A stretch of 64,000 nt of DNA from NCBI GenBank assembly GCA_964016885.1, contig OZ024741.1, forward strand, positions 151,838,001 through 151,902,000, read 5' to 3'. The stretch comes from Eledone cirrhosa (taxonomy: Eukaryota). A model generated the notes under the pieces. The model saw only the letters and a program-made list of their open reading frames with translations. It did no database searches and was not told where the DNA came from. The position numbers and the translations under genes are program-made. This document shows, in pieces, positions 15,801 to 31,100 of this stretch (the stretch's first letter is position 1; each line of letters starts with the position of its first letter).

Positions 15801-18800
15801 CAAAATGTTGTGACATCTGTGGCTATGACTGTCCCCTCTACAATGTTGTGATGTATGAGGCTACGACTGTCCCCTGCACAATGTTGTGATGTCAGTGGCT
15901 ATGACTGTCCCCTCCACAATGTTGTTATGTCTGTGGCTATGACTGTCTCCTCCACAATGTTGTGATATCTGTAGCTATGACTGTCCCCTGCACAATGTTG
16001 TGATGTCAGTGGCTATGACTGTCCCCTCCACAATGTTGTTATGTCTGTGGCTATGACTGTCTCCTCCATAATGTTGTGATGTCTGTGGCTATGACTGTCC
16101 CCTCCATAATGTTGTGATGTCTGTGGCTATGAATTCGCCTCCATAATGTTGTGAAGTCTGGGGCTACGACTCTCCCCTCCACAATATTGTGATATATGTG
16201 GCTATGACTGTCCCCTCCACAATGCTGTGATGTCTGTGGCTATGACTGTCCCCTCCATAATGTTGTGATGTCTGTAGCTATGAGTGTCCCCTCCACAACG
16301 TTGTGATGTCTGTGGCTATCACTGTCCCCTCCACAATGCTGTGATGTCTGTGGCTATGACTGTCCCCTCCATAATGTTGTGATGTCTGTAGCTATGAGTG
16401 TCCCCTCCACAACGTTGTGATGTCTGTGGCTATCACTGTCCCCTCCACAATGTTGTGATATCTGTGGCTATGACTCTCCCCTCCACAATATTGTGATGTC
16501 CGTGGCTATGACTGTCCCCTCCACAATGTTGTGATGTCTGTGACTATGACTGTCTCCTCCACAATGTTGTGATGTCTGTCGCCTTGACTGTCCCCTCCAC
16601 AACGGTGTTATATCTGTGGCTATGACTGTCCCCTCCACGATGTTGTGATGTCTGTGGCTATAACTGACCCTCCACAATGTTGTGATGGCTGTGGCTATGA
16701 CTGTCCCCTCCACAATGTTGTGATGTCTGTGGCTATGACTCTCCCCTCCACAATGTTGTGATGTCTGTGTCTAAGACTGTCCCCTCCACAATGTTGTGAT
16801 GCCTATGGCTATGACTGTCCCCTCCACAATGTTGTGATATCTGTGGCTATGACTGTCCCCTCCACAATGTTGTGAGGTTTGTGGCTATGACTGTCCCCTC
16901 CATAATGTTGTGATGTCTGTGGCTATGACTGTCCCATCCACAATGTTGTGATGTTTGTGGCTATGACTGTCCCCTCCATAATGTTGTGATGTCTGTGGCT
17001 ATGACTGTCCCATCCACAATGTTGTGATGCTTGTGGATATGACTGTCCCCTCCATAATGTTGTGAGGTTTGTGGCTATGACTGTCCCCTCCATAATGTTG
17101 TGATGTCTGTGGCTATGACTGTCCCATCCACAATGTTGTGATGTTTGTGGCTATGACTGTCCCCTCCATAATGTTGTGATGTCTGTGGCTATGACTGTCC
17201 CATCAACAATGTTGTGATGCTTGTGGCTATGACTGTCCCCTCCATAATGTTGTGATGTCTGTGGCTATGACTGTCCCCTCCACAATGTTGTGATGTCTGT
17301 GGCTATGACTGTCCCTTCCATAATGTTGTGATGTCTGTGGCTATGACTGTCCCCTCCACAATGTTGTGACATCTGTGGCTATGACTGTCCCCTCCACAAT
17401 GTTGTGATGTCTGAGGCTACGACTGTCCCCTCCACAATGTTGTGATGTCTGTGGCTATGATTTTTTCCTCCACAATGTTGTGATATATGTATCTATGTCT
17501 GTCCTCTGCACAATGTTGTGATGTCTGTGGCTATGACTGTCCCCTCCACAATGTTGTGATGTCAGTGGCTATGACTGTCCCCTCCACAATGTTGTGATGT
17601 CTGTGGCTATGACTGTCTCCTCCATAATGTTGTGAATTCTGTGGCTACGACTGTCCCATCCACAATGTTGTGATGTCTGTGGCTATGACGGTCCCCTACA
17701 CAATGTTGTGATGTCTGTGGCTATGACTGTCCTCTCCACAATGTTGTGATGTCTGTGGCTATGACTGTCTCCTCCATAATGTTGTGAATTCTGTGGCTAC
17801 GACTGTCCCATCCTCAATGTTGTGATATCTGTGGTTATGACTGATCCTCCATAATATTGTGATGTCTGTGGCTATGACTGTCCCCTCCAAAATGCTGTGA
17901 CCTCTGTGGCTATGACTGTCCCCTCCACAATGCTGTGATGTCTGTGGCTATGACGGTCCCCTCCACAATGTTGTGATGTCTGTGGCTATGACTGTCCCCT
18001 CCACAATGTTGTGATGTCTGTGTCTATGACGCTCCCCTCCACAATGTTGTGATGACTGTGGCTATGACTCTCCTCTCAACAATGTTGTGATGTATCTGGC
18101 TATGACTGTCTCCTCCACAGTGTTGTGATGTCTGTGACTATATCTGTCCCCTCCACAATGTTGTGATGTCTGTGGCTATGACTGTCCTCTCCACAATGTT
18201 GTGATGACTGTGGCTATAACTGTCCCCTCCACAATGTCATGATGTCTGAGGTTATGACTCTCCTCTCCATAATGTTGTGATGTTGTTCGCTATGACTCTC
18301 CCCACCACAATGTTGTGATGTCTGTGTCTATGACTGTCCCCTCCACAATGTTGTGATGTCTGTGGCTCTGACTCTCCCTTCCACAATGTTGTGATGTTTG
18401 TGGCTATGACTCTCCCCTCCACAATGTTGTGATGTCTGTGGCTATGACTGTCCCCTCCACAATGTTGTGATGTCTGTGTCTATGGCTGTCCCCTCCACAA
18501 TGTTGTGATGTCTGTGGCTATGACTGTCCCCTCCACAATGTTGGGATGTCTCTGGCTATGACTGTCCCCTCCACAATGTTGTGATGTCTGAGGTTATGAC
18601 ACTCCCCTCCACAATGTTGTGATGTCTGTGGCTATGACTCTCCCCTCCACAATGTTGTGATGTCTGTGGCTATGACTCTCCCCTCCACAATGTTGTGATG
18701 TCTGTGGCTATGACTGTCTCCTCCACGATATTGTGATGTCTGTGGCTATGACTGTCCCCTCCACAATATTGTGATGTCTGTGGATATGACTGTCCCCTCC

Positions 18801-21800
18801 ACAATGTTGTGATGACTGTGGCTATGTCTGTCCCCTCCACAATGTTGTGCTGTCTGTGGCCATGACTCTCCCCTCCTCAATGTTGTGATGTCTGTGGCTA
18901 TGACTGTCCCCTCCACAATGTTGTGATGTCTGAGGCTATGACTGTCCCCTACATAATGTTGTGATGTCTGTGGCTATGACTGTTCCCTCCATAATGTTGT
19001 GAAGTCTGTGGCTACGACTGTTCCCTCCACAATGTTGTGATGTCTGCGGCTATGTCTGTCCCCTCCATAACGTTGTGATGTCTTTGACTACGGCTGTCCC
19101 CGCCACAACGTTGTGATGTCTGTGGATATGACTCTCCCCTCCACAATGCTGTGATGTCTGTGGCTATGACTGTCCCCTCCACAATGGTGTGATATCTCTA
19201 GCTATGACTGTCACCTCCATAATGTTGAGATATCTGTGGCTATGACTGTCCCCTCCACAATGTTGTGATGTCTGTGGCTATGACTGTCTCCTCCACAGTG
19301 TTGTGATGTATGTGGCTATGACTGTCCCCTCCACAATGTTGTGATGTCTGTGTCTATGACTGTTCCCTCCACAATGTCGTGATGTCTGTGGTAATGGCTC
19401 TCCCCTCCACAATGTTTTGATGTCTGTAGCTATGACTGTCCCCTACACAATGTTGTGATGTCTGTGGCTATGACTGTCCCCTCCATAATGTTGTGATGTC
19501 TGCGGTTATGACTGTCTCCTCCATAATGTTGTGATCTCTGTGGCTATGACTGTCCCCACCACACTGTTGTGATATCTGTGGTTATGACAGACCATCCACA
19601 ATGTTGTGATGTCTGTGGCTATGAGTGTTCCCTCCACAATGTTGTGACGTCTGTGGCTATGACTGTCCCCTCCATAATGTTGTGATGTCTTTGGCTATGA
19701 CTGTCCCCGCCACAACATTGTGATATCTGTAGCTATGACTGTCCCCTCCAAAATGTTGTGATATCTGTGGTTATGACAGATTCTCCACAATGTTGTGATA
19801 TCTATGGTTATGACAGCCCATCCACAATGTTGTGATGTCTGTGGCTATGACAGTCCCATCCACAATGCTGTGACGTCTGTGGCTATGACTGTCTCCCCCA
19901 CAATGTTGTGATGACTGTGGCTATGACTGTCCACTCTACAATGTTGTGATGTCTGTAGCTATGACTGTCCTCTCCACAATGTTGTGAAGTCCGTGGCTAT
20001 GACTATCCCCTCCAAAATGCTGTGATGCCTGTGTCTATGACTGTCCCCTCCACAATGTTGTGATGACTGTGGCTATGTCTGTCCCCTCCACAATGTTGTG
20101 CTGTCTGTGGCCATGACTCTCCCCTCCTCAATGTTGTGATGTCTGTGGCTATGACTGTCCCCTCCACAATGTTGTGATGTCTGAGGCTATGACTGTCCCC
20201 TACATAATGTTGTGATGTCTGTGGCTATGACTGTTCCCTCCATAATGTTGTGAAGTCTGTGGCTACGACTGTTCCCTCCACAATGTTGTGATGTCTGCGG
20301 CTATGTCTGTCCCCTCCATAACGTTGTGATGTCTTTGACTACGGCTGTCCCCGCCACAACGTTCTGATGTCTGTGGATATGACTCTCCCCTCCACAATGC
20401 TGTGATGTCTGTGGCTATGACTGTCCCCTCCACAATGGTGTGATATCTCTAGCTATGACTGTCACCTCCATAATGTTGAGATATCTGTGGCTATGACTGT
20501 CCCCTCCACAATGTTGTGATGTCTGTGTCTATGACTGTTCCCTCCACAATGTCGTGATGTCTGTGGTAATGGCTCTCCCCTCCACAATGTTTTGATGTCT
20601 GTAGCTATGACTGTCCCCTACACAATGTTGTGATGTCTGTGGCTATGACTGTCCCCTCCATAATGTTGTGATGTCTGCGGTTATGACTGTCTCCTCCATA
20701 ATGTTGTGATCTCTGTGGCTATGACTGTCCCCACCACACTGTTGTGATATCTGTGGTTATGACAGACCATCCACAATGTTGTGATGTCTGTGGCTATGAG
20801 TGTTCCCTCCACAATGTTGTGACGTCTGTGGCTATGACTGTCCCCTCCATAATGTTGTGATGTCTTTGGCTATGACTGTCCCCGCCACAACATTGTGATA
20901 TCTGTAGCTATGACTGTCCCCTCCAAAATGTTGTGATATCTGTGGTTATGACAGATTCTCCACAATGTTGTGATATCTGTGGTTATGACAGCCCATCCAC
21001 AATGTTGTGATGTCTGTGGCTATGACAGTCCCATCCACAATGCTGTGACGTCTGTGGCTATGACTGTCTCCCCCACAATGTTGTGATGACTGTGGCTATG
21101 ACTGTCCACTCTACAATGTTGTGATGTCTGTAGCTATGACTGTCCTCTCCACAATGTTGTGAAGTCCGTGGCTATGACTATCCCCTCCAAAATGCTGTGA
21201 TGCCTGTGTCTATGACTGTCCCCTCCACAATGATGTGATGTCTGTGGCTATGATTCTCCCCTCCAAAATGTTATGACGTCTGTGGTTATGACTCTCCCCA
21301 CCACAATGTTGTGATGTTTGTGACTATGATTGTCCCATCCACAATGTTGTGATGTATGTGGCTATGACTGTCCCCTCCATAATGTTGTGATGTCTGTGTC
21401 TATGACTGTTCCTTCCACAATGTCGTGATGTCTGTGGTAATGAATCTCCCCTCCACAATGTTGTGATCTCTGTGGCTATGATTGTCCCCTCCTCAATGTC
21501 GTGATGTATGTGGCTATGATTCTCCCCTCCACAATGTTGTGATGACTGTGGGTATGACTGTCCCCTCCACAATGTCGTGATGTCTGTGGCCATGACTCTC
21601 CCCTCCACAATGTTGTGATGTCTGTGGCTATGACTCTCCCCTCCACAATGTCGTGATGTCTGTGGCTATGACTGTCCCTTCCTCAATGTTGTGATATCTG
21701 TGGCTATGACTCCGCCTCCACAATGTTGTGATGTCTGTGGCTACGACTGTCCCCTGCACAATGTTGTGATGTCTGTGGCTATGACTGTCCCCTCCACAAT

Positions 21801-24800
21801 GTTGTGATGTCTGTGGCTATGACTGTCCCTTCCACAATGTTGTGATGTCTGTGGCTATGACTGTCCCCTCCACTATGCTGTGATGTCTGTGGGTATGACT
21901 GTCCCCTCCACTATGCTGTGATGTCTGTGTCTATGACTGTCCGTACCACTATGCTGTGATGTCTGTGGCTATGACTGTCCCCTCCACAATGTTGTGATGT
22001 CTGTGGCTATGACTCTCCCCTCCACAATGCTGTGATGTATGTGGCTATGACTGTCCCCTCCACAATGTTGTGATATCTGTGGCTATGACTGACCCTCCAC
22101 AATGTTGTGATGTCTGTGGGTATGACTGTCCATTCCACAATGTTGTGATGTCTGTGTCTATGACTCTCCCCTCCACAATGTTGTGATGACTGTGGCTATG
22201 ACTCTCCTCTCAACAATGTTGTGATGTCTGACGCTATGACTCTCCCCTCCACAATCTTGTGATGTCTGTGTCTATGACTGTCCCCTCCATAATGTTGTGA
22301 TGTCTGACGCTATGACTCTCCCCTCCACAAACTTGTGATGTCTGTGTCTATGACTGTCCCCTCCACAATGTTGTGATGTCTGTGGCTATGACTCTCCCCT
22401 CCACAATGTTGTGATGTCTGTGGCTACGACTGTCCCCTCCACAATGTTGTGATATCTGTGGCTATGACTGTCCTCTCCACAATGTTGTGATGTCTGTGGC
22501 TATGACTCTCCCCTCCACAATGTTGTGATGTCTGTGGCTCTGACTCTCCCCTCCATAATGTTGTGATGTCTGACGCTATGACTCTCCCCTCCACAATCTT
22601 GTGATGTCTGTGTCTATGACTGTCCCCTCCACAATGTTGTGATGTCTGACGCTATGACTCTCCCCTCCACAAACTTGTGATGTCTGTGTCTATGACTGTC
22701 CCCTCCACAATGTTGTGATGTCTGTGGCTATGACTCTCCCCTCCACAACGTTGTGATGGCTGTGGCTATGACTGTCCCCTCCACAATGTTGTGATGTCTG
22801 TGTCTATGACTGTCCCCTCCACAATGTTGTGATGTCTGTGGCTATGACTCTGCCCACCACAATGTTCTGATGTCTGTGGCTATGACTGTCCCCTCCACAA
22901 TGTTGTGATGTCTGTGGCTATGACTGTCCCCTCCACAATGTTCTGATGTCTGTGGCTATGACTGTCCCCTCCACAATGTTGTGATATCTGTGGCTATGAC
23001 TCTCCTCTCCACAATGTTGTGGTGTCTGTCGCTATGATTGTCCCCTCCACAATGTCGTGATGTCTGATGTTATGACTCTCCCGTCCATAATGTTGTGATG
23101 TCTGTCGCTATGACTCTCCCCTCCACAATGTTGTGTTGTCTGTGTCTATGACGCTCCCCTCCACAATGTTGTGATGTATGTGGCTATGACTCTCCCCTCC
23201 ACAATGTTGTGATGTCTGTGGCTATGACCGTCCCCTCCACAATGTTGTGAAGTCTGGCTATGACTGTCCCCTCTACAATGTTGTGATGTCTGAGGTTATG
23301 ACCCTCCCCTCCACAATGTTGTGACGTCTGTGGCTATGACTCTCCCCTCCAGAATGTTGTGATGTCTGTGGCTGTGTCTGTCTCCTCTACAATGTAGTGA
23401 TGTTTGTGTCTATGACTGTTCCCTCCACAATGACGTGATGTCTGTGGCTATGACTCTCCCCTCCACAATGTTGTGATGTCTGTGGCTATGGCTCTCCCCT
23501 CCACAATGTCGTGATGTCTGTGGCTATGACTGTCCCCTCCTCAATTTTGTGATATCTGTGGCTATGACTGCGCCTCCACAATGTTGTGATGTATGTGGCT
23601 ATGACTGTCCCTTCCACAACGTTGTGATGTCTGTAGATATGACTGTCCTCTCCACGATGTTGTGATGTCTGTGGCTATGACTCTCCCCTCCACGATGTTG
23701 TGATGTCTGTGGCTATGACTGTCCCCTCCACAATGTTGTGATGTCTGAGGTTATGACACTCCGCTCCACAATGTTGTGATGTCTGTGGCTATGACTCTCC
23801 CCTCCACAATGTTGTGATGTCTGTGGCTATGTCTGTCTCCTCCACAATGTTGTGATATCTGTGGCTATGACTGTCCCCACCACAATGTTGTGTTGTCTGT
23901 GGCTATGACTGTCCCCTCCACAATGTTGTGATGCACGTGGCTATGGCTGTCCCCTCCACAATGTTGTGATGTCTGTGGCTATGACTCTCCCCTCCACAAT
24001 GTTGTGATGTCTGTGGCTGTGACTGTCCCCTCCACAATGTTGTGATGTCTCTGGCTATGACTGTCCCCTACACAATGTTGGGATGTCTGTGGCTATGACT
24101 GTCCCTTCCACAATGTTGTGATGTCTGTGTCTATGACACTCCCCTCCACAATGTTGTGATGACTGTGGCTATGACTGTCTCCTCCACTATGCTGTGATGT
24201 ATGTGGCTATGACTGTCCCTTCCACAATGTTGTGATGTCTGTGTCTATGACGCTCCCCTCCACAATGTTGTGATGACTGTGGCTATGACTCTCCTCTAAA
24301 CAATGTTGTGATGTATCTGGCTATGACTGTCCTCTCCACAATGTTGAGATGTCTGTGGCTATGACTCTCCCCTCCACAATGTTGTGATGTCTGTGGCTAT
24401 GACTGTCCCCTCCACAATGTTGTGAAGTCTGGCTGTGACTGTCCCCTCTACAATGTTGTGATGTCTGAGGTTATGACCCTCCCCTCCACAATGTCATGAT
24501 GTCTGTGGCTATGACTGTCCCCTCCACAATGTTGTGATATATGTGGCTATGACTGTCCTCTCCACAATGTTGTGATGTCTGTGGCTATGACTGTCCCCTC
24601 CACAATGTTCTGATGTCTGTGGCTATGACTGTCTCTTCCACAATGTTGTGATGTCTGTGGCTTTGACTCTCACCTTCACAATGTCGTGATGTCTGAGGTT
24701 ATGACTCTCCCGTCCATAATGTTGTGATGTCTGTCGCTATGACTCTCCCCTCCACAATGTTGTGATGTCTGTGGCTATGACTGTCCTCTCCACAATGTTG

Positions 24801-27800
24801 AGATGTCTGTGGCTATGACTCTCCCCTCCACAATGTTGTGATATCTGTGGCTATGACTGTCCCCTCTACAATGTTGTGAAGTCTGGCTATGACTGTCCCC
24901 TCCACAATGTTGTGATGTCTGAGGTTATGACCCTCCCCTCCACAATGTTGTGATGACTGTGGCTATGACTGTTCCCTCCACAATGTTGTGATGTTTGTGT
25001 CTATGACTGTCCCCTCCACAATGTTGTGATGTCTGTGGCTATGTTTCTCCCCTCCACAATGTAGTGATGTCTGTAGCTATGACTGTCCCCTCCACAATGC
25101 TGTGATGTCTGTGGCTATGACGGTCCCCTCCACAATGCTGTGATGTCTGTGGCTATGACTCTCCCCTCCACAATGTTGTGATGTCTCTGGCTATGACTGT
25201 CCCCTCAACAATGTTGTGATGTCTGAGGTTATGACTCTCCCGTCCATAATGTTGTGATGTCTGTCGCTATGACTCTCCCCTCCACAATGTTGTGATGTCT
25301 GTGGCTATGACTGTCCCCTCTACAATGTTGTGATGTCTGTGTCTATGACTGTCCCCTCCACAATGTTGTGAGGTCTGTGGCTATGACTCTCCCCTCCACA
25401 ATGTTGTGATGTCTGTGGCTATGACTGTCCCCTCCACAATGTTGTGAAGTCTGGCTATGACTGTCCCCTCTACAATGTTGTGATGTCTGAGGTTATGACC
25501 CTCCCCTCCACAATGTTGTGATGTCTGTGGCTATGACTCTCCCCTCCACAATGTTGTGATGTCTGTGGCTATGTCTGTCTCCTCCACAATGTTCTGATGT
25601 TTGTGTCTATGACTGTTCCCTCCACAATGTTGTGATGTCTGTGGCTATGACTGTCCCCTCCACAATGCTGTGATGTACGTGGCTATGACTGTCCCTTCCA
25701 CAATGTTGTGATGTCTGTGTCTATGACGCTCCCCTCCACAATATTGTGATGTCTGTGGCTACGACTGTCCCCTCCACAATGTTGTGATGTCTGTGGCTAT
25801 AACTGTCCCCTCCACAATGTCATGATGTCTGCGGTTATGACTCTCCTCTCCACAATGTTGTGATGTTGTTCGCTATGACTCTCCCGTCCACAATGTCGTG
25901 ATGTCTGTGTCTATGACTGTCCCCTCCACAATGTTGTGATGTCTGTGGCTATGACTCTCCCTTCCACAATGTTGTGATGTCTGTGGCTATGACTCTCTCC
26001 TCCACAATGTTGTGATGTCTGTGGCTATGACTGTCCTCTCCACAATGTTGTGATGTCTGTGGGTATGACTGTCCATTCCACAATGTTGTGATGTCTGTGT
26101 CTATGACTCTCCCCTCCACAATGTTGTGATGACTGTGGCTATGACTCTCCTCTCAACAATGTCATGATGTCTGTGGCTATGACTGTCCCCTCCACAATGT
26201 TGTGATATCTGTGGCTATGACTGTCCTCTCCACAATGTTGTGATGTCTGTGGCTATGACTGTCCCCTCCACAATGTTGTGATGTCTTTGGCTATGACTGT
26301 CCCCTCTACAATGTTGTGATGTCTGTGGCTATGACTCTCCCCTCCACAATGTTGTGATGTCTGTAGCTATGACTGTCCCCTCCACAATGTTGTGATGTCT
26401 GTGGCTTTGACTCTCCCCTCCACAATGTTGTGATGTCTGTGGCTATGACTCTCCCCTCCATAATGTTGTGATGTCTGTGGCTATGTCTCTCCCCTCCACA
26501 ATGTTGTGATGTCTGTAGCTCTGACTGTCCCCTCCACAATGTTGTGATGTCTGTGGCTATGACTGTCCCCTCTACAATGTTGTGATGTCTGTGGCTATGA
26601 CTCTCCCCTCCACAATGTTGTGATATCTGTGGCTATGACTGTCCCCTACACAATGTTGTGATGTCTGTGGCTTTGACTCTCCCCTCTACAATGTTGTGAT
26701 GTCTGTGGCTATGACTCTCCCCTCCATAATGTTGTGATGTCTGTGGCTATGACTGTCCCCTCCACAATGTTGTGAGGTCTGTGGCTATGACTCTCCCCTC
26801 CACAATGTTGTGATGTCTGTAGCTCTGACTGTCCCCTCCACAATGTTGTGATGTCTGTGGCTATGACTGTCCCCTCTACAATGTTGTGATGTCTGTGGCT
26901 ATGACTCTCCCCTCCACAATGTTGTGATGTCTGTGTCTATGACTGTCCCCTCCACAATGTTGTGATGTCTGTGGCTATGACTCTCCCCTCCACAATGTTG
27001 TGATGTCTGTAGCTATGACTGTCCCCTACACAATGTTGTGATGTCTGTGGCTATGACTGTCCCCTCCACAATGTTGTGATGTCTGTGGCTATGACTCTCC
27101 CCTCCACAATGTTCTGATATCTGTTGCTATGACTGTCCCCTCCACAATTTTGTGATAACTGTGGCTATGGCTGTCCACTCCACAATGTTGTGATATCTGT
27201 GGCTAGGACTGTCCCCTCTACAATGTTGTGATGTCTGTGGCTAGGACTGTCCCCTCTACAATGTTGTGATGTCTGTAGCTATGACTCTCCCCTCCACAAT
27301 GTTGTGATGTCTGTAGGCTATGACTGTCCTCTCCACAATGTTGTGATGTCTGTGGCTAGGACTGTCCCCTCTACAATGTTGTGATGTCTGTAGCTATGAC
27401 TCTCCCCTCCACATTGTTGTGATGTCTGTGGCTATGACTGTCCCCTCCACAATGTTGTGATGTCTGTGGCTTTGACTGTCCCCTCCACAATGTTGTGATG
27501 TCTGTGTCTATGACTGTCCCCTCCACAATGTTGTGAGGTCTGTGGCTATGACTCTGCCCACCACAATGTTGTGATGTCTGTGGCTATGACTGTCCACTCC
27601 ACAATGTTGAGATGTCTGTGGCTATGACTCTCCCCTCCACAATGTTGTGATGTCTGTGGCTATGACTCTCCCCTCCACAATGTTGTGATGTTTGTGGCTA
27701 TGACTCTCCCCTCTACAATGTTGTGATGCATGTGGCTATGGCTGTCCCCTCCACAATGTTGTGATGTCTGTGGCTATGACTGTCCCCTCCACAATGTTGT

Positions 27801-27948
27801 GATGTCTGTGGCTATGACTGTCCCCTCCACAATGTTGGGATGTCTGTGGCTATGACTGTCCGCTCCACAGTGTTGTGATGCATGTGGCTATGGCTGTCCC
27901 CTCCACAATGTCGTGATGTCTCTGTCCGTGTCTGTTCCTTTCACAATG
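3879..27948. repeat. Satellite A: ~24 kb tandem array of 38-bp unit CCACAATGTTGTGATGTCTGTGGCTATGACTGTCCCCT (roughly 630 copies)
   Basis: Directly visible head-to-tail periodicity with point variants and higher-order duplications. Confidence 0.98.
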
Positions 27949-27950
27949 GT

Positions 27951-28156
27951 TTAACCCTTTAGCATTCACATTACTCTATATATGCTAATATATTTACATG
28001 GTAAATGCTTTAGGTCGCCATAATTATCTCACCTAATTATCACACATAACATCGAATCTATGAAATTTTGAAAGTATTTATTTTGAGAACAATACCTTAA
28101 CATCAGTATGAGTGACCAATTGCAGCCAGTTTCAACAGAAAAAGGTAGAGAATTCA
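27951..28156. mobile_element. Degenerate piggyBac-like MITE fragment separating the two satellites
   Basis: Starts TTAA-CCCTTTAGCATTCA (TTAA + CCC terminus). The right terminus is absent, replaced by satellite B. Family assignment is from recall. Confidence 0.5.
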
Positions 28157-31100
28157 GGCTGTGACTATATCTCTCCACTTCCACAATATTGTGATGCTGT
28201 GACTATATCTCTCCACTTCCACCATATTGTGATGCTGTGACTATATCTCTCCACTTCCACAATATTGTGATGCTGTGACTATATATGTCCACTTCCACCA
28301 TATTGTTATGCTGTGACTATATCTCTCCACTTCCACCATATTGTGTTGCTGTGACTATATATGTCTACTTCCAGCATATTGTGATGCTGTGACTATATCT
28401 CTCCACTTCCACCATATTGTTATGCTGTGACTATATCTCTCCACTTCCACCATATTGTTATGCTGTGACTATATCTCTCCACTTCCACCATATTGTTATG
28501 CTGTGACTATATATGTCTACTTCCACCATATTGTAATGCTGTGACTATATCTCTCCACTTCCACCATATTGTTATGCTGTGACTATATATGTCTACTTCC
28601 ACAATATTGTGATGCTATGACTATATATGTCTACTTCCACCATATTGTGATGCTGTGACTATATCTGTCTACTCCACCATATTGTGATGCTGTGACTATA
28701 TCTCTCCACTTCCACAATATTGTGATGCTGTGACTATATATGTCCACTTCCACCATATTGTGATGCTGTGACTATATCTCACCACTTCCACCATATTGTG
28801 TTGCTGTGACTAAATATGTCCACTTCCACCATATTGTGATGCTGTGACTATATCTGTCCACTTCCACCATATTGTGATGCAGTGACTATATCTCTCCACT
28901 TCCACCATATTGTGATGCTGTGACTATATCTCTCCACTTCCACCATATTGTGATGCTGTGACTATATCTGTCCACTTCCACCATATTGTTATGCTGTGAC
29001 TATATATGTCTACTTCCACCATATTGTGATGCTGTGACTATATCTGTCCACTTCCACCATATTGTGATGCTGTGACTATATCTCTCCACTTCCACCATAT
29101 TGTGATGCTGTGACTATATCTCTCCACTTCCACCATATTGTGATGCTGTGACTATATCTGTCCACTTCCATCATATTGTGATGCTGTGACTATATATGTC
29201 TACTTCCACCATATTGTGATGCTGTGACTATATATGTCTACTTCCACCATATAGTGATGCTGTGACTATATCTCTGCACTTCCACCATATTGTGATGCTG
29301 TCACTATATCTGTCTACTTTCAAAATATTGTGATGCTGTGACTATATCTCTCCACTTCCACCATATTGTTATGCTGTGACTATATCTCTCCACTTCCACC
29401 ATATTGTGATGCTGTGACTATATCTCTCCACTTCCACAATATTGTGATGCTGTGACTATATATGTCTACTTCCACCATATTGTGATGCTGTGACTATATC
29501 TCTCCACTTCCACCATATTGTTATGCTGTGACTATATCTCTTCACTTCCACCATATTGTGATGCTGTGACTATATATGTCTACTTCCACAATATTGTTAT
29601 GTTGTGACCATATATGTCTACTTCCACAATATTGTGATGCTGTGACTATTTATGTCTACTTCCACCATATTGTTATGCTGTGACTATATCTCTCCACTTC
29701 CACAATATTGTTATGCTGTGACTATATCTCTCCACTTCCACATTATTGTTATGCTGTGACTATATCTCTCCACTTCCACCATATTGTGATGCTGTGACTA
29801 TATCTCTCCACTTCCACAATATTGTTATGCTGTGACTATATCTGTCTACTTGCACCATATTGTGATGCTGTGACTATATCTCTCTACTTCCACCATATTG
29901 TGATGCTGTGACTATATATGTCTACTTTCACCATATTGTTATGCTGTGACTATATATGTCTACTTCCACCATATTGTTATGCTGTGACTATATCTCTCCA
30001 CTTCCACCATATTGTTATGCTGTGACTATATCTCTCCACTTCCACCATATTGTTATGCTGTGACTATATCTGTCTACTTCCACAACATTGTGATGCTATG
30101 ACTATATATTTCTACTTCCACCATATTGTGATGCTGTGACTATATCTGTCTACTTCCACCATATTGTGATGCTGTGACTATATCTCTCCACTTCCACAAT
30201 ATTGTGATGCTGTGACTATATATGTCCACTTCCACCATATTGTTATGCTGTGACTATATCTCTCCACTTCCACCATATTGTGTTGCTGTGACTATATATG
30301 TCTACTTCCACCATATTGTGATGCTGTGACTATATCTCTCCAATTCCACCATATTGTGATGCTGTGACTATATCTCTCCACTTCCACCATATTGTTATGC
30401 TGTGACTATATCTCTCCACTTCCACCATATTGTTATGCTGTGACTATATCTCTCCACTTCCACCATATTGTTATGCTGTGACTATATATGTCTATTTCCA
30501 CCATATTGTAATGCTGTGACTATATCTCTCCACTTCCACCATATTGTTATGCTGTGACTATATATGTCTACTTCCACAATATTGTGATGCTATGACTATA
30601 TATGTCTACTTCCACCATATTGTGATGCTGTGACTATATCTGTCTATTCCACCATATTGTGATGCTGTGACTATATCTCTCCACTTCCACAATATTGTGA
30701 TGCTGTGACTATATATGTCCACTTCCACCATATTGTGATGCTGTGACTATATCTCTCCACTTCCACCATATTGTGTTGCTGTGACTAAATATGTCCACTT
30801 CCACCATATTGTGATGCTGTGACTATATCTGTCCACTTCCACCATATTGTGATGCAGTGACTATATCTCTCCACTTCCACCATATTGTGATGCTGTGACT
30901 ATATCTCTCCACTTCCACCATATTGTGATGCTGTGACTATATCTGTCCACTTCCATCATATTGTTATGCTGTGACTATATATGTCTACTTCCACCATATT
31001 GTGATGCTGTGACTATATCTGTCCACTTCCACCATATTGTGGTGCTGTGACTATATCTCTCCACTTCCACCATATTGTGATGCTGTGACTATATCTCTCC

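Noticed and set aside
3879-27948. RSS/Transib-like heptamer CACAATG in every monomer
   Set aside because: No nonamer-like sequence at 12 or 23 bp and no inverted partner or transposase. Likely coincidence.
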